Assembly: GCA_963753435.1 (NCBI GenBank)
Contig: CAVWCF010000002.1
Location: forward strand, 64,001-128,000
Direction of reading: 5' to 3'
DNA from: an uncultured Actinomycetota bacterium
GTDB lineage: Bacteria > Actinomycetota > Actinomycetes > CAVWCF01
DNA: 64,000 bases
Shown here: one piece after another, positions 49,476-59,404 of the stretch
Layout: every line of letters begins with the position of its first letter
Position numbering within the stretch: the stretch's first letter is position 1
Notes under the pieces: generated by a model
Database searches by the model: none
Seen by the model: the letters and a program-made list of their open reading frames with translations, nothing else
What the model was told of the DNA's origin: nothing
Translations under genes and position numbers: made by a program

Positions 49476-50075
49476 TCAACGATTGTGCGCGGGACCCGAA
49501 ATCGCATCGAGCATTCGGGACAAACGGTCACGGAAGCCACCGTTGCGCGTGCGCGCAACCTCACCAGCAGCACTGCTAACGAAGTGCTGAACGGTGTCGA
49601 AAGACAAGTCCGGAACAACCAAGTCGGCCTCGCACAGCGACAGTGATTCGTGCGCTAGTCCGTTTAACTCGCTGTCGCCAGTGTCCAACGCAAGCACTGT
49701 TGCACCGCGACGACGCGCGTCTGCTGTTCGTTCCAGCAACGGCACGTTCCCCATTTCATCGCTCACCACAAACACCGCTTCACCGCGGCTGACTGCCTCC
49801 AGTCGTGCCAGCGATACCGACAAGTGTTGTGGTGCACCCGCTGGCACAACCCAACGCACCAACGTCGGAGCGAGTTCGGGGGCGTCGGCCCATCGGGCCT
49901 CGTCGGTCAGGTGAGCTGCCAGGTGCCAAGGCTCCTCTTGCGGGGTGCCGATTAGCAGCAGGGACTCACGAACGCGGGCGGCGTCGCGGACTGAGCGGGC
50001 GAAGGATCGGGTTCGATCCACCCAGCCAGTCCCGGCCAAGGCCTCCCGCAGGAACTCGACCTGCTGCGCATCCAT
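49476..50075 (-). CDS. Conserved hypothetical protein (possible degenerate SIS-like fold)
   Basis: MDAQQVEFLRE..., LLLIGTP.EEPWHLAAHL.DEA, ADARRRGATVLAL; coding-like codon pattern. Confidence 0.7.
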   Translation of the reverse strand: MDAQQVEFLREALAGTGWVDRTRSFARSVRDAARVRESLLLIGTPQEEPWHLAAHLTDEARWADAPELAPTLVRWVVPAGAPQHLSVSLARLEAVSRGEAVFVVSDEMGNVPLLERTADARRRGATVLALDTGDSELNGLAHESLSLCEADLVVPDLSFDTVQHFVSSAAGEVARTRNGGFRDRLSRMLDAISGPAHNR

Positions 50076-50121
50076 GCTGGCCATGTAATCAGTCGGTTGG
50101 GGTGACTGACAGGATTGACAC

Positions 50122-50802
50122 ATGAGTACTACGGATGCAGGCGCGCAGTCGGTCGACGTGGACGCGTTGGTAGTAGGCGTGTTGGGCGGCACGGGGGAGC
50201 AGGGCCGTGGCCTGGCGCACCGGCTGAGCGCGGCGGGCCTGCGCATCGTGATCGGATCTCGGTCCGCGGAGCGGGCCATGGCCGCGGCCGCGGAACTGGG
50301 CAACGGCGTCGAAGGCGCTGGCAACGACGAGTGCGCGGCACGCAGCGACGTGGTCATAGTCGCCGTGCCTTGGGACGGACATCAGGAACTCCTCGGCCAA
50401 CTCCGGGAGACGTTGTCGGGCAAAGTGGTAATCGACTGTGTAAACCCGCTCGGCTTCGACAAGTCCGGTCCGTTCGCGCTGGCGGTGCCGGAGGGGTCGG
50501 CGGCGCAGCAGGCCGCCGCGTTGCTGCCGGATTCGACCGTCGTAGGCGCCTTCCACCACGTTTCGGCGGTGCTGCTGCTGGACCCGGAGGTCGCCACCAT
50601 CGACACCGACGTGCTGGTTGTTGGGGACTCCCGGCAGGCAACGGACCTGGCGCAGGCGCTTGCCGAACGCATCCCCGGCATGCGCGGTGTGTACGCGGGT
50701 CGGCTACGAAACGCGCACCAGATCGAGGCAATGACGGCCAACTTGATCGCGATCAATCGGCGATACAAGGCGCACGCCGGGTTGCGCGTAACCGACGTCT
50801 GA
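50122..50802 (+). CDS. npdG: NADPH-dependent F420 reductase
   Basis: LGGTGEQGRGLA, IGSRS, VIDCVNPL, GSAAQ, VVGAFHHVSA, IE.MTANL. Confidence 0.9.
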   Translation: MSTTDAGAQSVDVDALVVGVLGGTGEQGRGLAHRLSAAGLRIVIGSRSAERAMAAAAELGNGVEGAGNDECAARSDVVIVAVPWDGHQELLGQLRETLSGKVVIDCVNPLGFDKSGPFALAVPEGSAAQQAAALLPDSTVVGAFHHVSAVLLLDPEVATIDTDVLVVGDSRQATDLAQALAERIPGMRGVYAGRLRNAHQIEAMTANLIAINRRYKAHAGLRVTDV

Positions 50803-50804
50803 CG

Positions 50805-51635
50805 TCAGTCGTACTGGTGCTCTGGTCCGGGGTAATCCCCGGCAACCACATCGCCAGCCCAACGTTGGGCCGCGTCGCTGAGGACGCCTCGCACGTCGGC
50901 GTACCTCTTGACGAACCGGGGGACTCGTTCGGTGAGTCCGGCCAAGTCCTGCCAGACGAGCACCTGGGCATCGCAATGCGGGCCGGCGCCGATACCGATT
51001 GTGGCGATGTCCACCGATGCCGTCACTTGGCCGGCCAAGTCGGCGGGGACCACCTCAAGAACCACTGAGAACGCCCCGGCCTGCTGCAAGGCCTTGGCGT
51101 CTGCCAGCAGCTGTTCGCCGGATGCTCCGCGCCCCTGCACCCGATATCCGCCGAACACGTTGACGGACTGCGGCGTCAGACCCAAGTGGGCCATGACCGG
51201 GATCCCCGCACCCACCAAGGCCTCGACTTGGGGGAGTACCCGGGCCCCGCCCTCGAGCTTCACTGCGTGCGCGCCGGCCTCCTTGATGAATCGAGCCGCG
51301 GTCGCCAAGGCCTGCGCCGGTCCGGCTTGGTAGGAGCCGAACGGAAGGTCGGCGACGACCATGGCCCGTTTCGTTCCACGTGTCACGGCAGCGACCAAGG
51401 GCAGCATCTCGTCCACCGTCACGGGCAGTGTCTGCTCGTGTCCGTAGACCACCATCGCCGCCGAGTCTCCAACCAGCAGCACCGGGATGCCCGCTTCGTC
51501 AAAGACGCCGGCGGTCATGGCGTCGTAGGCGGTGAGCATCGGCCACTTCTCGCCGCTTTGTTTGGCGGAGGCGATGTCCAGAACGCTGATGCGCCGCTGC
51601 TGATGACCGCCGTACAGGGGCTCGGACGCACTCAC
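50805..51635 (-). CDS. panB: 3-methyl-2-oxobutanoate hydroxymethyltransferase
   Basis: [47 protein letters not shown]. Confidence 0.96.
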   Translation of the reverse strand: MSASEPLYGGHQQRRISVLDIASAKQSGEKWPMLTAYDAMTAGVFDEAGIPVLLVGDSAAMVVYGHEQTLPVTVDEMLPLVAAVTRGTKRAMVVADLPFGSYQAGPAQALATAARFIKEAGAHAVKLEGGARVLPQVEALVGAGIPVMAHLGLTPQSVNVFGGYRVQGRGASGEQLLADAKALQQAGAFSVVLEVVPADLAGQVTASVDIATIGIGAGPHCDAQVLVWQDLAGLTERVPRFVKRYADVRGVLSDAAQRWAGDVVAGDYPGPEHQYD

Positions 51636-51703
51636 GTGGTCATTGTGACACCCGAGCCCTACGCTTTCGCCACCGCAGCGACCAGCGGGCTGGAGGCCCA
51701 ACA

Positions 51704-53302
51704 TTGAGCAAGCCCGCCGATTTCGAAGACGTGAACGCGGCTGATCTGAACCCGCGCCGCTGGGCGATCCTGGGCGTCTTGGTCATCAGCCTGCTGGTCG
51801 TCGTACTCGACAACACCGTTCTGAACGTTGCGTTGCCGACGATCCAGCGCGATCTTGGGGCCACCCAGGAGCAACTGGTCTGGGCGGTCAACGCCTATGT
51901 GTGCACGTTCGCGGCGTTCTTGTTCACCTGGGGCGTTCTGGGGGACAGGTACGGGCGCAAGCGCATCCTCATCACGGGCTTGGCGCTGTTCGGCGCGGCT
52001 TCCGCTCTGACGGCGTGGGCTTCCTCCCCGCTTGAACTGATCTTCTTCCGCGGGCTGATGGGCCTTGGTGCGGCGAGCGTCCTGCCGGTCACGTTGGCGA
52101 TCATCACGGTCATCTTCCCGCCGGCAGAACGCGGCAAGGCCATCGGAATCTGGGCTGCTGCTGTCGGCGGTGCCGTCGCGCTGGGCCCGGTTGTGGGCGG
52201 CCTCCTGGTCGAGAACTTCTGGTGGGGTTCGGTGTTCCTCATCAACGTCCCCATCGTCATCCTGGGCGTGGTGTTGATGCGGGTCCTGGTCCCGGAAAGC
52301 CGCAACCCGCAGCCGGGACGGCTGGACCCCGGCGGTGTCGTGCTGAGCGTTCTGGGCTTGCTTCTGCTCACCTACGGCATCCTGCACGGTGGCGACACTC
52401 AGGAGTGGTCCGCGCCGGACGTATGGATTCCGCTGGTCGCCGGTGTGGCACTGCTGGTCACATTCGTCATCTTCGAGTACCGAAGCGAACACCCCTCACT
52501 TGATACCGAACTGTTCGGCATCCGGTCTTTCTCCACGGCATTGGCGACCACGACGTTGGCCTTCGCCGCCCTCAACGGCACGCTGCTCTTCTTGACTTTC
52601 TACTTGCAGATCGTTCGCGGGTTCTCGCCGTTGCAGGCCGGGTTGTGCATCCTCCCGGTCGCTGTGGGCCAACTGATCGCGGCACCGCGAAGCAACGCGA
52701 ACGTGCGACGCTTCGGCGCGCGGCGGGTGGTCTCAGCCGGTCTGCTCATAGCCGGTACTGCATTCACGCTCATTGGAGTTCTGGAGAAGACGACTCCGCT
52801 GTGGATCATTCTGGTCGTGTTCTTCTTCGTCGGACTTGGCATGGGCAACGTGATCGCGCCTTGCACCACACGAATGACGCTGGTCACGCCGGCGGCGCGC
52901 TCCGGGGTGGGGTCGGCGATGCAGAACACAGTCCGTCAGGTGGGCGCCGCCCTCGGGATCGCTGTCATCTCCTCACTTGTCGCGATCACCTACACCAACG
53001 CGTTGACGCCCAAGTTGGTCGACGCTGCAGACCTACCTCCGACTGTTGCTGACTCGGTTGGTGCCACCTACGAGATCGCCCGTCAGGGGGTTGCAGACGG
53101 AACGCTGACGACCGACGCAGCCGAATCGCTGTTGGCTGCAGCGGACCAGTCGTTCCTAACCGCACTCGGCGTGGCCGCTGTGTCCAGCGGGGTGCTGCTG
53201 GGGCTGGCGCTCATGGTCGTTCTGCTTTGGTTGCCGGCGCGGCCCGAGACAGTCGCCTGGGGCAGCGGCGGAGTCACCCCTGCTCGCGCCAGCGATTCGT
53301 AA
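51704..53302 (+). CDS. DHA2 (14-TMS) MFS efflux transporter
   Basis: [32 protein letters not shown]. Confidence 0.92.
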   Translation: MSKPADFEDVNAADLNPRRWAILGVLVISLLVVVLDNTVLNVALPTIQRDLGATQEQLVWAVNAYVCTFAAFLFTWGVLGDRYGRKRILITGLALFGAASALTAWASSPLELIFFRGLMGLGAASVLPVTLAIITVIFPPAERGKAIGIWAAAVGGAVALGPVVGGLLVENFWWGSVFLINVPIVILGVVLMRVLVPESRNPQPGRLDPGGVVLSVLGLLLLTYGILHGGDTQEWSAPDVWIPLVAGVALLVTFVIFEYRSEHPSLDTELFGIRSFSTALATTTLAFAALNGTLLFLTFYLQIVRGFSPLQAGLCILPVAVGQLIAAPRSNANVRRFGARRVVSAGLLIAGTAFTLIGVLEKTTPLWIILVVFFFVGLGMGNVIAPCTTRMTLVTPAARSGVGSAMQNTVRQVGAALGIAVISSLVAITYTNALTPKLVDAADLPPTVADSVGATYEIARQGVADGTLTTDAAESLLAAADQSFLTALGVAAVSSGVLLGLALMVVLLWLPARPETVAWGSGGVTPARASDS

Positions 53303-54992
53303 TCGGCAATCGGCGGTCGCGCCCGAAAGCCCGACTGGTCACCTTGGGTCCGGGCGGGTACTGGCGGCGCTTGTACTCCGCGTGATCGACCATTGCCAGC
53401 ACCCGGTTGACGGTTTCGGCATCGAAGCCCTCAGCCACCAGATCCGTGGCTGAACGGTCCGCTTCGACGTAGTCATCGAGGATGTCATCGAGGGTGTCGT
53501 AGGGCGGAAGGGAGTCGGTGTCGAGTTGGCCGGGGCGCAGTTCAGCCGACGGCGGCTTCTCGATGGAACTGGCCGGAATCGGCTCGACCGCGCCGGCGTT
53601 GCGGGCGGCCTCGTTTCGCCATGTGGCCAACTCCCACACCAAAGTCTTGGGCACATCCTTCAGCGGTGCGAAACCGCCGACGGCGTCGCCGTACAGCGTC
53701 GAGTACCCGACGGCCAACTCGCTCTTGTTCCCGGTCGCCAGCACCAGGTGGCCCTCGGAGTTGGACAGCGCCATCAAGGTCAGGCCGCGGGCGCGCGCCT
53801 GCAGGTTCTCCTCGGCGAGGCCGGACACGGGGACCTGCCCCTGTACCGCGTCGACGATGGGGCCGATCGGCACGTTTCGGTAGTTGAGTCCGGTCCGGCG
53901 TGCCAAGTCCTCAGCGTCGGCGATGGAGTGCGGTGAGGAGTACTCACTTGGCATCGAGATTCCGTGGACCCGCTCCGCGCCCAACGCATCGCAGGCGAGT
54001 GCGGCGGTTAGGGCCGAGTCGATGCCCCCGGACAGGCCCAGCACCACCGAACCGAACCCGTTCTTGAGTACGTAGTCCTTCAGTCCGGTCACGATGGCGC
54101 CGTACACCTCGGCCAGCTCGTCCAGCCTGGGCGCCACCGCAGGTGCCAAACCCTCGTACGGGGGCAATTGGCCCGAGCCCACCTCCAGCGTCGCACCGGC
54201 CCCGGACGCCGAAGGCAGCTCCGCATCCAGCAGCAGCAGGCCCTCCTCGAACTGCGGTGCGCGCGCCAACAGCGCACCGCTGGAGTCGACAACCAGCGAA
54301 TCGCCGTCGAAGACCAACTCGTCCTGGCCGCCGACCATGTTCACGTACGCGAGTGCGGCACCGGCATGGCGGGCGCGCTGAGACACCAGTTGCAGTCGCA
54401 GATCGTCCTTGTTGCGCTCATAAGGGGAGCCGTTGATGACCAGCAGCAGGCCGGCCTGGGCCTCTCGTGCCCACTGCTCCGGGCCGCCTCGCTGCCAGAG
54501 GTCCTCACAAATGGCCAGGGTCACGTCGACCCCGTGTAGCCGCAGCGTGCAGGGCTCGTTGCCGGCCACGAAGTAGCGGGCCTCGTCGAAGACCCCGTAG
54601 TTGGGCAGGTGGTGCTTGGCGTAGTGCATGAGCACCTCGCCGTTGTAGATCACCGCCGCGCAGTTCTGCGGGCTGGACCGGGGCGTGCCCAACGACTCCG
54701 CCGCGCCGGAGCGGCGATCCAGGTATCCGACGACGACAACCTGTCGTTCACAGCCTTCCGCCGCCAACTGCACGGCCAAGGCCTCCACGGTCGCCCGGCT
54801 GGCGTCCACGAAGGATGGCCGCAAGGCGAGGTCCTCAACCGGGTAGCCGGTCAGGAACAGTTCAGGGAAGGCAACCAGGTGGGCCCCCTGTGCCGCGGCG
54901 TGCTTGGTCCAGCGCACGACCAATTCGGCATTGCCGGAGAGGTCGCCCACCGTGGGGTTGGCCTGGGCCAACGCAACGCGAAGCTGAGGCAC
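53274..54992 (-). CDS. nadE: Glutamine-dependent NAD+ synthetase
   Basis: Nitrilase domain (FPEL, KHHLPNYGVFDE, ICEDLW) plus LSGGIDS, ATGNKSE, PSAEL. Confidence 0.96.
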   Translation of the reverse strand: MPQLRVALAQANPTVGDLSGNAELVVRWTKHAAAQGAHLVAFPELFLTGYPVEDLALRPSFVDASRATVEALAVQLAAEGCERQVVVVGYLDRRSGAAESLGTPRSSPQNCAAVIYNGEVLMHYAKHHLPNYGVFDEARYFVAGNEPCTLRLHGVDVTLAICEDLWQRGGPEQWAREAQAGLLLVINGSPYERNKDDLRLQLVSQRARHAGAALAYVNMVGGQDELVFDGDSLVVDSSGALLARAPQFEEGLLLLDAELPSASGAGATLEVGSGQLPPYEGLAPAVAPRLDELAEVYGAIVTGLKDYVLKNGFGSVVLGLSGGIDSALTAALACDALGAERVHGISMPSEYSSPHSIADAEDLARRTGLNYRNVPIGPIVDAVQGQVPVSGLAEENLQARARGLTLMALSNSEGHLVLATGNKSELAVGYSTLYGDAVGGFAPLKDVPKTLVWELATWRNEAARNAGAVEPIPASSIEKPPSAELRPGQLDTDSLPPYDTLDDILDDYVEADRSATDLVAEGFDAETVNRVLAMVDHAEYKRRQYPPGPKVTSRAFGRDRRLPITNRWREQG

Positions 54993-55039
54993 CCGCGCAC
55001 CCTATGGGTTTAGCCCCGGCGCCGTTTGGCAGGCGTGCC

Positions 55040-55055
55040 GTAACCGCGGTGAAAC
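55040..55055 (+). promoter_or_regulatory. GlnR box upstream of glnA2
   Basis: GTAAC-CGCGGT-GAAAC matches gTnAc-n6-GaAAc; CACGAT -10 lies just before the GTG start. Confidence 0.65.
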
Positions 55056-55077
55056 ACAACGACGGCACGATGGGCTC

Positions 55078-56415
55078 GTGGATAAGCAGCAGGAGTTCGT
55101 CCTCCGCACGCTGGAGGAACGCGACATTCGCTTCGTGCGCCTCTGGTTCACCGACGTGCTCGGGTTCTTGAAGTCGGTCGCGGTCGCGCCGGCTGAGCTT
55201 GAAGGTGCTTTCGCTGAGGGCATGGGCTTCGACGGCTCGGCGATCCAGGGGTTCGCGCGGACCAATGAGGCCGACATGCTGGCCAAGCCGGACCCGTCGA
55301 CCTTCGCGGTACTGCCGTGGCGGGCCGAAGCGGCTGGGGCCGCGCGCATGTTCTGCGACATCCTGATGCCGGACGGGTCGCCGTCCTACGCCGACCCGCG
55401 ACACGTGCTCAAACGTGCGCTCAACAAGGCGGGCGAGTTGGGCTTCACCTTCTACACGCATCCGGAGATCGAGTTCTTCCTCTTCTCCGACGTCCCGGGC
55501 GGAGGAGCCGAGCCGGTTCCGGTGGACTCCGGCGGCTACTTCGACCACGTACCGCACAGCCAGGGACAGGACTTCCGCCGCGCGGCGATCACCATGCTGG
55601 AGTCGATGGGCATCTCGGTGGAGTTCTCCCATCACGAAGGCGCCCCCGGGCAAAACGAGATTGACCTGCGCTACGCGGACGCGCTCACAACCGCCGACAA
55701 CATCATGACCTTCCGCCACGTGGTCAAAGAGGTGGCTCTGGAGCAGGGCATCTACGCGTCCTTCATGCCCAAGCCGTTCGCGCAGCACCCCGGGTCGGGC
55801 ATGCACACGCACGTCTCCTTGTTCAGCGGCGACCAGAACGCGTTCTTCGAAGGTGGGGCTGAGTACCAGCTCAGCAAGGTGGCCAGGTCGTTCATCGCGG
55901 GCCTGCTGCGCCACGCCCCGGAGATCACCGCTGTCACCAACCAGTGGGTCAACTCCTACAAGCGGCTGTACGGCGGCGGCGAAGCCCCCGCTTACGTCTG
56001 CTGGGGCCACAACAACCGCTCGGCCATGGTGCGCGTGCCCATGTACAAGCCGAGCAAGGGCCAGTCGACACGCATCGAGGTGCGTTCCCTGGATTCTGCG
56101 GCCAACCCGTACCTGGCTTTGGCGCTGATCCTGGCGGCGGGGCTGAAGGGCGTCGAGGAGGGCTATCCGCTGCCGGCGGAAGCCGAGGACGACGTCTGGG
56201 CCTTGTCCGAAGGTGAGCGCCGCGCCCTCGGCATCGAGCCGCTGCCGCAGAATCTGGCGGAGGCGATCGCGGTGATGGAGCAATCGGAGTTGGCCGCGGA
56301 GACGCTGGGCGAGCACGTGTTCGACTTCTTCCTGCGGAACAAGCGGGCGGAGTGGGCCGACTACCGAGCCCAGGTCACGCCGTTTGAGCGGGAGCGGTAC
56401 CTGCCGGTCCTGTGA
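55078..56415 (+). CDS. glnA: Glutamine synthetase-like protein, GSI-alpha (GlnA2 type)
   Basis: FDGSAI, HHEGAPGQNEID, FMPKP..GSGMHTH, NRSAMVRVP, RIEVRSLDSAANPYL; followed by glnE. Confidence 0.93.
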   Translation: MDKQQEFVLRTLEERDIRFVRLWFTDVLGFLKSVAVAPAELEGAFAEGMGFDGSAIQGFARTNEADMLAKPDPSTFAVLPWRAEAAGAARMFCDILMPDGSPSYADPRHVLKRALNKAGELGFTFYTHPEIEFFLFSDVPGGGAEPVPVDSGGYFDHVPHSQGQDFRRAAITMLESMGISVEFSHHEGAPGQNEIDLRYADALTTADNIMTFRHVVKEVALEQGIYASFMPKPFAQHPGSGMHTHVSLFSGDQNAFFEGGAEYQLSKVARSFIAGLLRHAPEITAVTNQWVNSYKRLYGGGEAPAYVCWGHNNRSAMVRVPMYKPSKGQSTRIEVRSLDSAANPYLALALILAAGLKGVEEGYPLPAEAEDDVWALSEGERRALGIEPLPQNLAEAIAVMEQSELAAETLGEHVFDFFLRNKRAEWADYRAQVTPFERERYLPVL

Positions 56416-56440
56416 CCTGGCACTGACTACCCTCCCGGGG

Positions 56441-59404
56441 GTGGCTGAGGACCGGGCGAAAACACTGCGCGCCCGTTTGATCCGTCTTGGATTCGCCGAT
56501 GCCGCCGTTGCCGAGGCCGAACTGCAGGCGGATCCGCTCGACGATGAAGTACTTGTCGCATTGGGTGCCACCGCAGACCCCGACCAGGCATTGGCCGGGC
56601 TGCTGCGATTGCGGTCCGCCGATGAGCGGGTGGGCGAGTTCCTGGCAGATGAGCAGCAACGAACTCGGTTGCTGGCGGTACTTGGGGTCAGCAGCGCCCT
56701 GACCGACTTCGTGGTTCGCCACCCCGACGAGTTGGCCTGGGTCGGCCGGGGATCCGAATTGCCGGATGCAGCCGGCATGCGCGCCTACCTGTCCGCTTGT
56801 GTGGGCTTGGGTCCCGGCAATGAAGCCACGCCTGGCCTCTCGAATCCCGCCGTCTCGGCGGGTGCCGATCGCTTGGACGCCCTCCGCGTCGGATACCGCG
56901 CGCTGGTGCTCGGTATCGCGGCCCGCGACCTGGTGGGTGAGCTGCAGTTCGACGATGTCGGTGCGGCATTGGCCAACGCCGCCGACGCCGTCTTGGACAC
57001 CGCGCTGCGAATTGCTGCGGCGGAGTCCCCCGAGGACGCCGATGCGTGCCGGCTGGCGGTTATCGCCATGGGCAAGACCGGTGGATCGGAGTTGAACTAC
57101 ATCTCCGACGTCGATGTCATCTACGTCGCCGAACCGGCTACCGGGGTGGACGAAACGGCCGCACTGGCTGCGGCCACGAGGCTGGCGACGCGACTGCAGC
57201 AGATCTGCTCCGCACCTACCGGTGAGGGGGCCATTTGGGAGGTCGATGCGGCGCTGCGACCGGAGGGCAAGGCCGGCGCGCTGGTGCGGACCCTGGCCAG
57301 TCACGCGGCCTACTACGAGCGGTGGGCCAAGACCTGGGAGTTCCAGGCCCTGCTGAAGGCCCGCCCGGCAGCCGGCGATCAGGCCTTGGGTGTCGCCTAC
57401 TGCGACGCGGCCGCCGAACGGGTGTGGACCGCCGCCAATCGGGACGGCTTCGTCGCCGACGTTCAGGCGATGCGACGGCGCGTTGAGGAACACATCCCGG
57501 TGCGCGAGGCGCAGCGTCAACTCAAACTAGGCCGCGGCGGGCTGCGGGACGTGGAGTTCGCGGTGCAGTTGCTGCAACTGGTGCACGGCAAGTCGGATGT
57601 CTACGTGCGTAGCCGAACCACGCTGCAGGCGTTGGAGGCGCTGGCGACGTGGGGGTACGTGGCCCGCGAGGACGCTGCGGGGTTTGCGGCGTCGTACCGG
57701 TGGCTGCGGTCGCTGGAACACCGGATCCAGTTGCAGCGGCTGCGGCGAACGCACCTGTTGCCTACTGACGATGCAGCCCTGCGGCGCCTCGCCCGGTCAA
57801 TGGGCCTGCGCGACGCTGCGCAACTGGACGACGAGTTGGCCGGGCACCGGCGTCGGGTCCGGCAGATCCACGAGAAGCTCTTCTACCGTCCCCTGCTGGA
57901 CGCGGTTGCCCGGTTGGAGCCCGGGGTAGCCAGGCTGAGCCCGGAGGCGGCCCGGGATCGGCTGGAGGCACTTGGGTATCAGGACCCGCAAGGGGCGTTG
58001 CGCCATCTGGAGGCGCTGACGACGGGACTGAGCCGGCGGGCGCAAATCCAGCGCACGCTCCTGCCGGTCCTGCTTGGCTGGTTCGCCGACTACCCGGACC
58101 CGGACGCCGGGCTGTTGGGTTTTCGGCAGGTATCCGATTCGTTGGGATCGACGCCTTGGTATCTGCGCCTGCTGCGCGACGCCGGCGCGGCCGAGCGTCT
58201 CGTCCGGGTGCTTTCCACCTCTCGCTACGCGACCGATCTGCTACTGCGTGCGCCGGACGCTGTCGCGCTGCTCGACGGTGACGCGGAACTGCAGCCTCGG
58301 GATCAGTCCGTCTTGGTTGCGGAGATGGGCAATGCGGCCAGCCTGCATGAGGACCCGGAGTCCGCGATCGCGTCGGTCCGCGCGATCCGGCGACGAGAGT
58401 TGTTTCGCATCTCGGTGGCGGACCTGCTGCGACGCCTGACCGCGGAGCAGGTTGGGCAGGCGTTGACCGACGTGGCTACGGCCACGATCCAGGCGGGGCT
58501 GACCGTGGCGACGGCGGCGATCGAATCCAAGCGTGGCTCCGTGCCGACCCGGTTCGCCGTCATCGGCATGGGCCGGTTGGGCGGGGCGGAGATGTCCTAC
58601 TCATCCGATGCCGATGTGCTGTTCGTCCACGACCCGCTTCCCGGCGCAGATGAGCGTGAAGCGAGCGATGCTGCGCACGCAGTCGCAAATGAACTGCGGC
58701 GCCTCCTTTCGCTACCCAGTGAGGACCCACCACTGGGAATCGACGCGGACCTGCGACCGGAAGGCCGACAAGGTCCCCTGGTCAGGTCGCTGGCGTCATA
58801 CGCCGCCTACTACGAGCGGTGGTCGCTGGTCTGGGAGGCGCAGGCTTTGCTTCGGGCAGTACCCATCGCCGGGGACGGGGACCTAGGTGCGCAGTTCGTT
58901 GAACTGATCGATCCGGTTCGTTATCCCGACAACGGTCTAGACGATGCGCACTTGCGTGAGATCCGGCGGATAAAGGCGCGGGTGGAGACCGAACGGATGC
59001 CACGGGGGACGGACCCGCACCGCAACTTGAAGCTTGGTCCTGGTGGTCTGGCCGACGTGGAGTGGACCGCACAGTTGCTGCAGTTGCGGCACGGCCATGC
59101 CGAACCGGGCCTGCGGACGCCGCGGACGCGGGCGGCACTGCAGGCAGCAGTGGACGCTGGGTTGTTGGCAAGCGCGGACCGGGACACGTTGATCGAGGCG
59201 TGGCGCTTCGCAATGAGTGTGCGCAATGCCACGACCTTGGTGCGTGGCAAAGCCTCCGACACGCTGCCGGGCCCGGGCCGCGACCTCGCCGGAACTGCCC
59301 TTGTTGCCGGTTACGATCCAACGAACGCGGGCCAGTTGGAGGATGACTACCGACGGGCAGCGCGGCACGCACGCTCCGTGGTGGAGAGGGAGTTCTACCG
59401 GTGA
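56441..59404 (+). CDS. glnE: Glutamine synthetase adenylyltransferase/removase
   Basis: Two nucleotidyltransferase halves: MGKTGGSELNYISDVD..DAALRPEG and MGRLGGAEMSYSSDAD..DADLRPEG. Confidence 0.96.
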   Translation: MAEDRAKTLRARLIRLGFADAAVAEAELQADPLDDEVLVALGATADPDQALAGLLRLRSADERVGEFLADEQQRTRLLAVLGVSSALTDFVVRHPDELAWVGRGSELPDAAGMRAYLSACVGLGPGNEATPGLSNPAVSAGADRLDALRVGYRALVLGIAARDLVGELQFDDVGAALANAADAVLDTALRIAAAESPEDADACRLAVIAMGKTGGSELNYISDVDVIYVAEPATGVDETAALAAATRLATRLQQICSAPTGEGAIWEVDAALRPEGKAGALVRTLASHAAYYERWAKTWEFQALLKARPAAGDQALGVAYCDAAAERVWTAANRDGFVADVQAMRRRVEEHIPVREAQRQLKLGRGGLRDVEFAVQLLQLVHGKSDVYVRSRTTLQALEALATWGYVAREDAAGFAASYRWLRSLEHRIQLQRLRRTHLLPTDDAALRRLARSMGLRDAAQLDDELAGHRRRVRQIHEKLFYRPLLDAVARLEPGVARLSPEAARDRLEALGYQDPQGALRHLEALTTGLSRRAQIQRTLLPVLLGWFADYPDPDAGLLGFRQVSDSLGSTPWYLRLLRDAGAAERLVRVLSTSRYATDLLLRAPDAVALLDGDAELQPRDQSVLVAEMGNAASLHEDPESAIASVRAIRRRELFRISVADLLRRLTAEQVGQALTDVATATIQAGLTVATAAIESKRGSVPTRFAVIGMGRLGGAEMSYSSDADVLFVHDPLPGADEREASDAAHAVANELRRLLSLPSEDPPLGIDADLRPEGRQGPLVRSLASYAAYYERWSLVWEAQALLRAVPIAGDGDLGAQFVELIDPVRYPDNGLDDAHLREIRRIKARVETERMPRGTDPHRNLKLGPGGLADVEWTAQLLQLRHGHAEPGLRTPRTRAALQAAVDAGLLASADRDTLIEAWRFAMSVRNATTLVRGKASDTLPGPGRDLAGTALVAGYDPTNAGQLEDDYRRAARHARSVVEREFYR

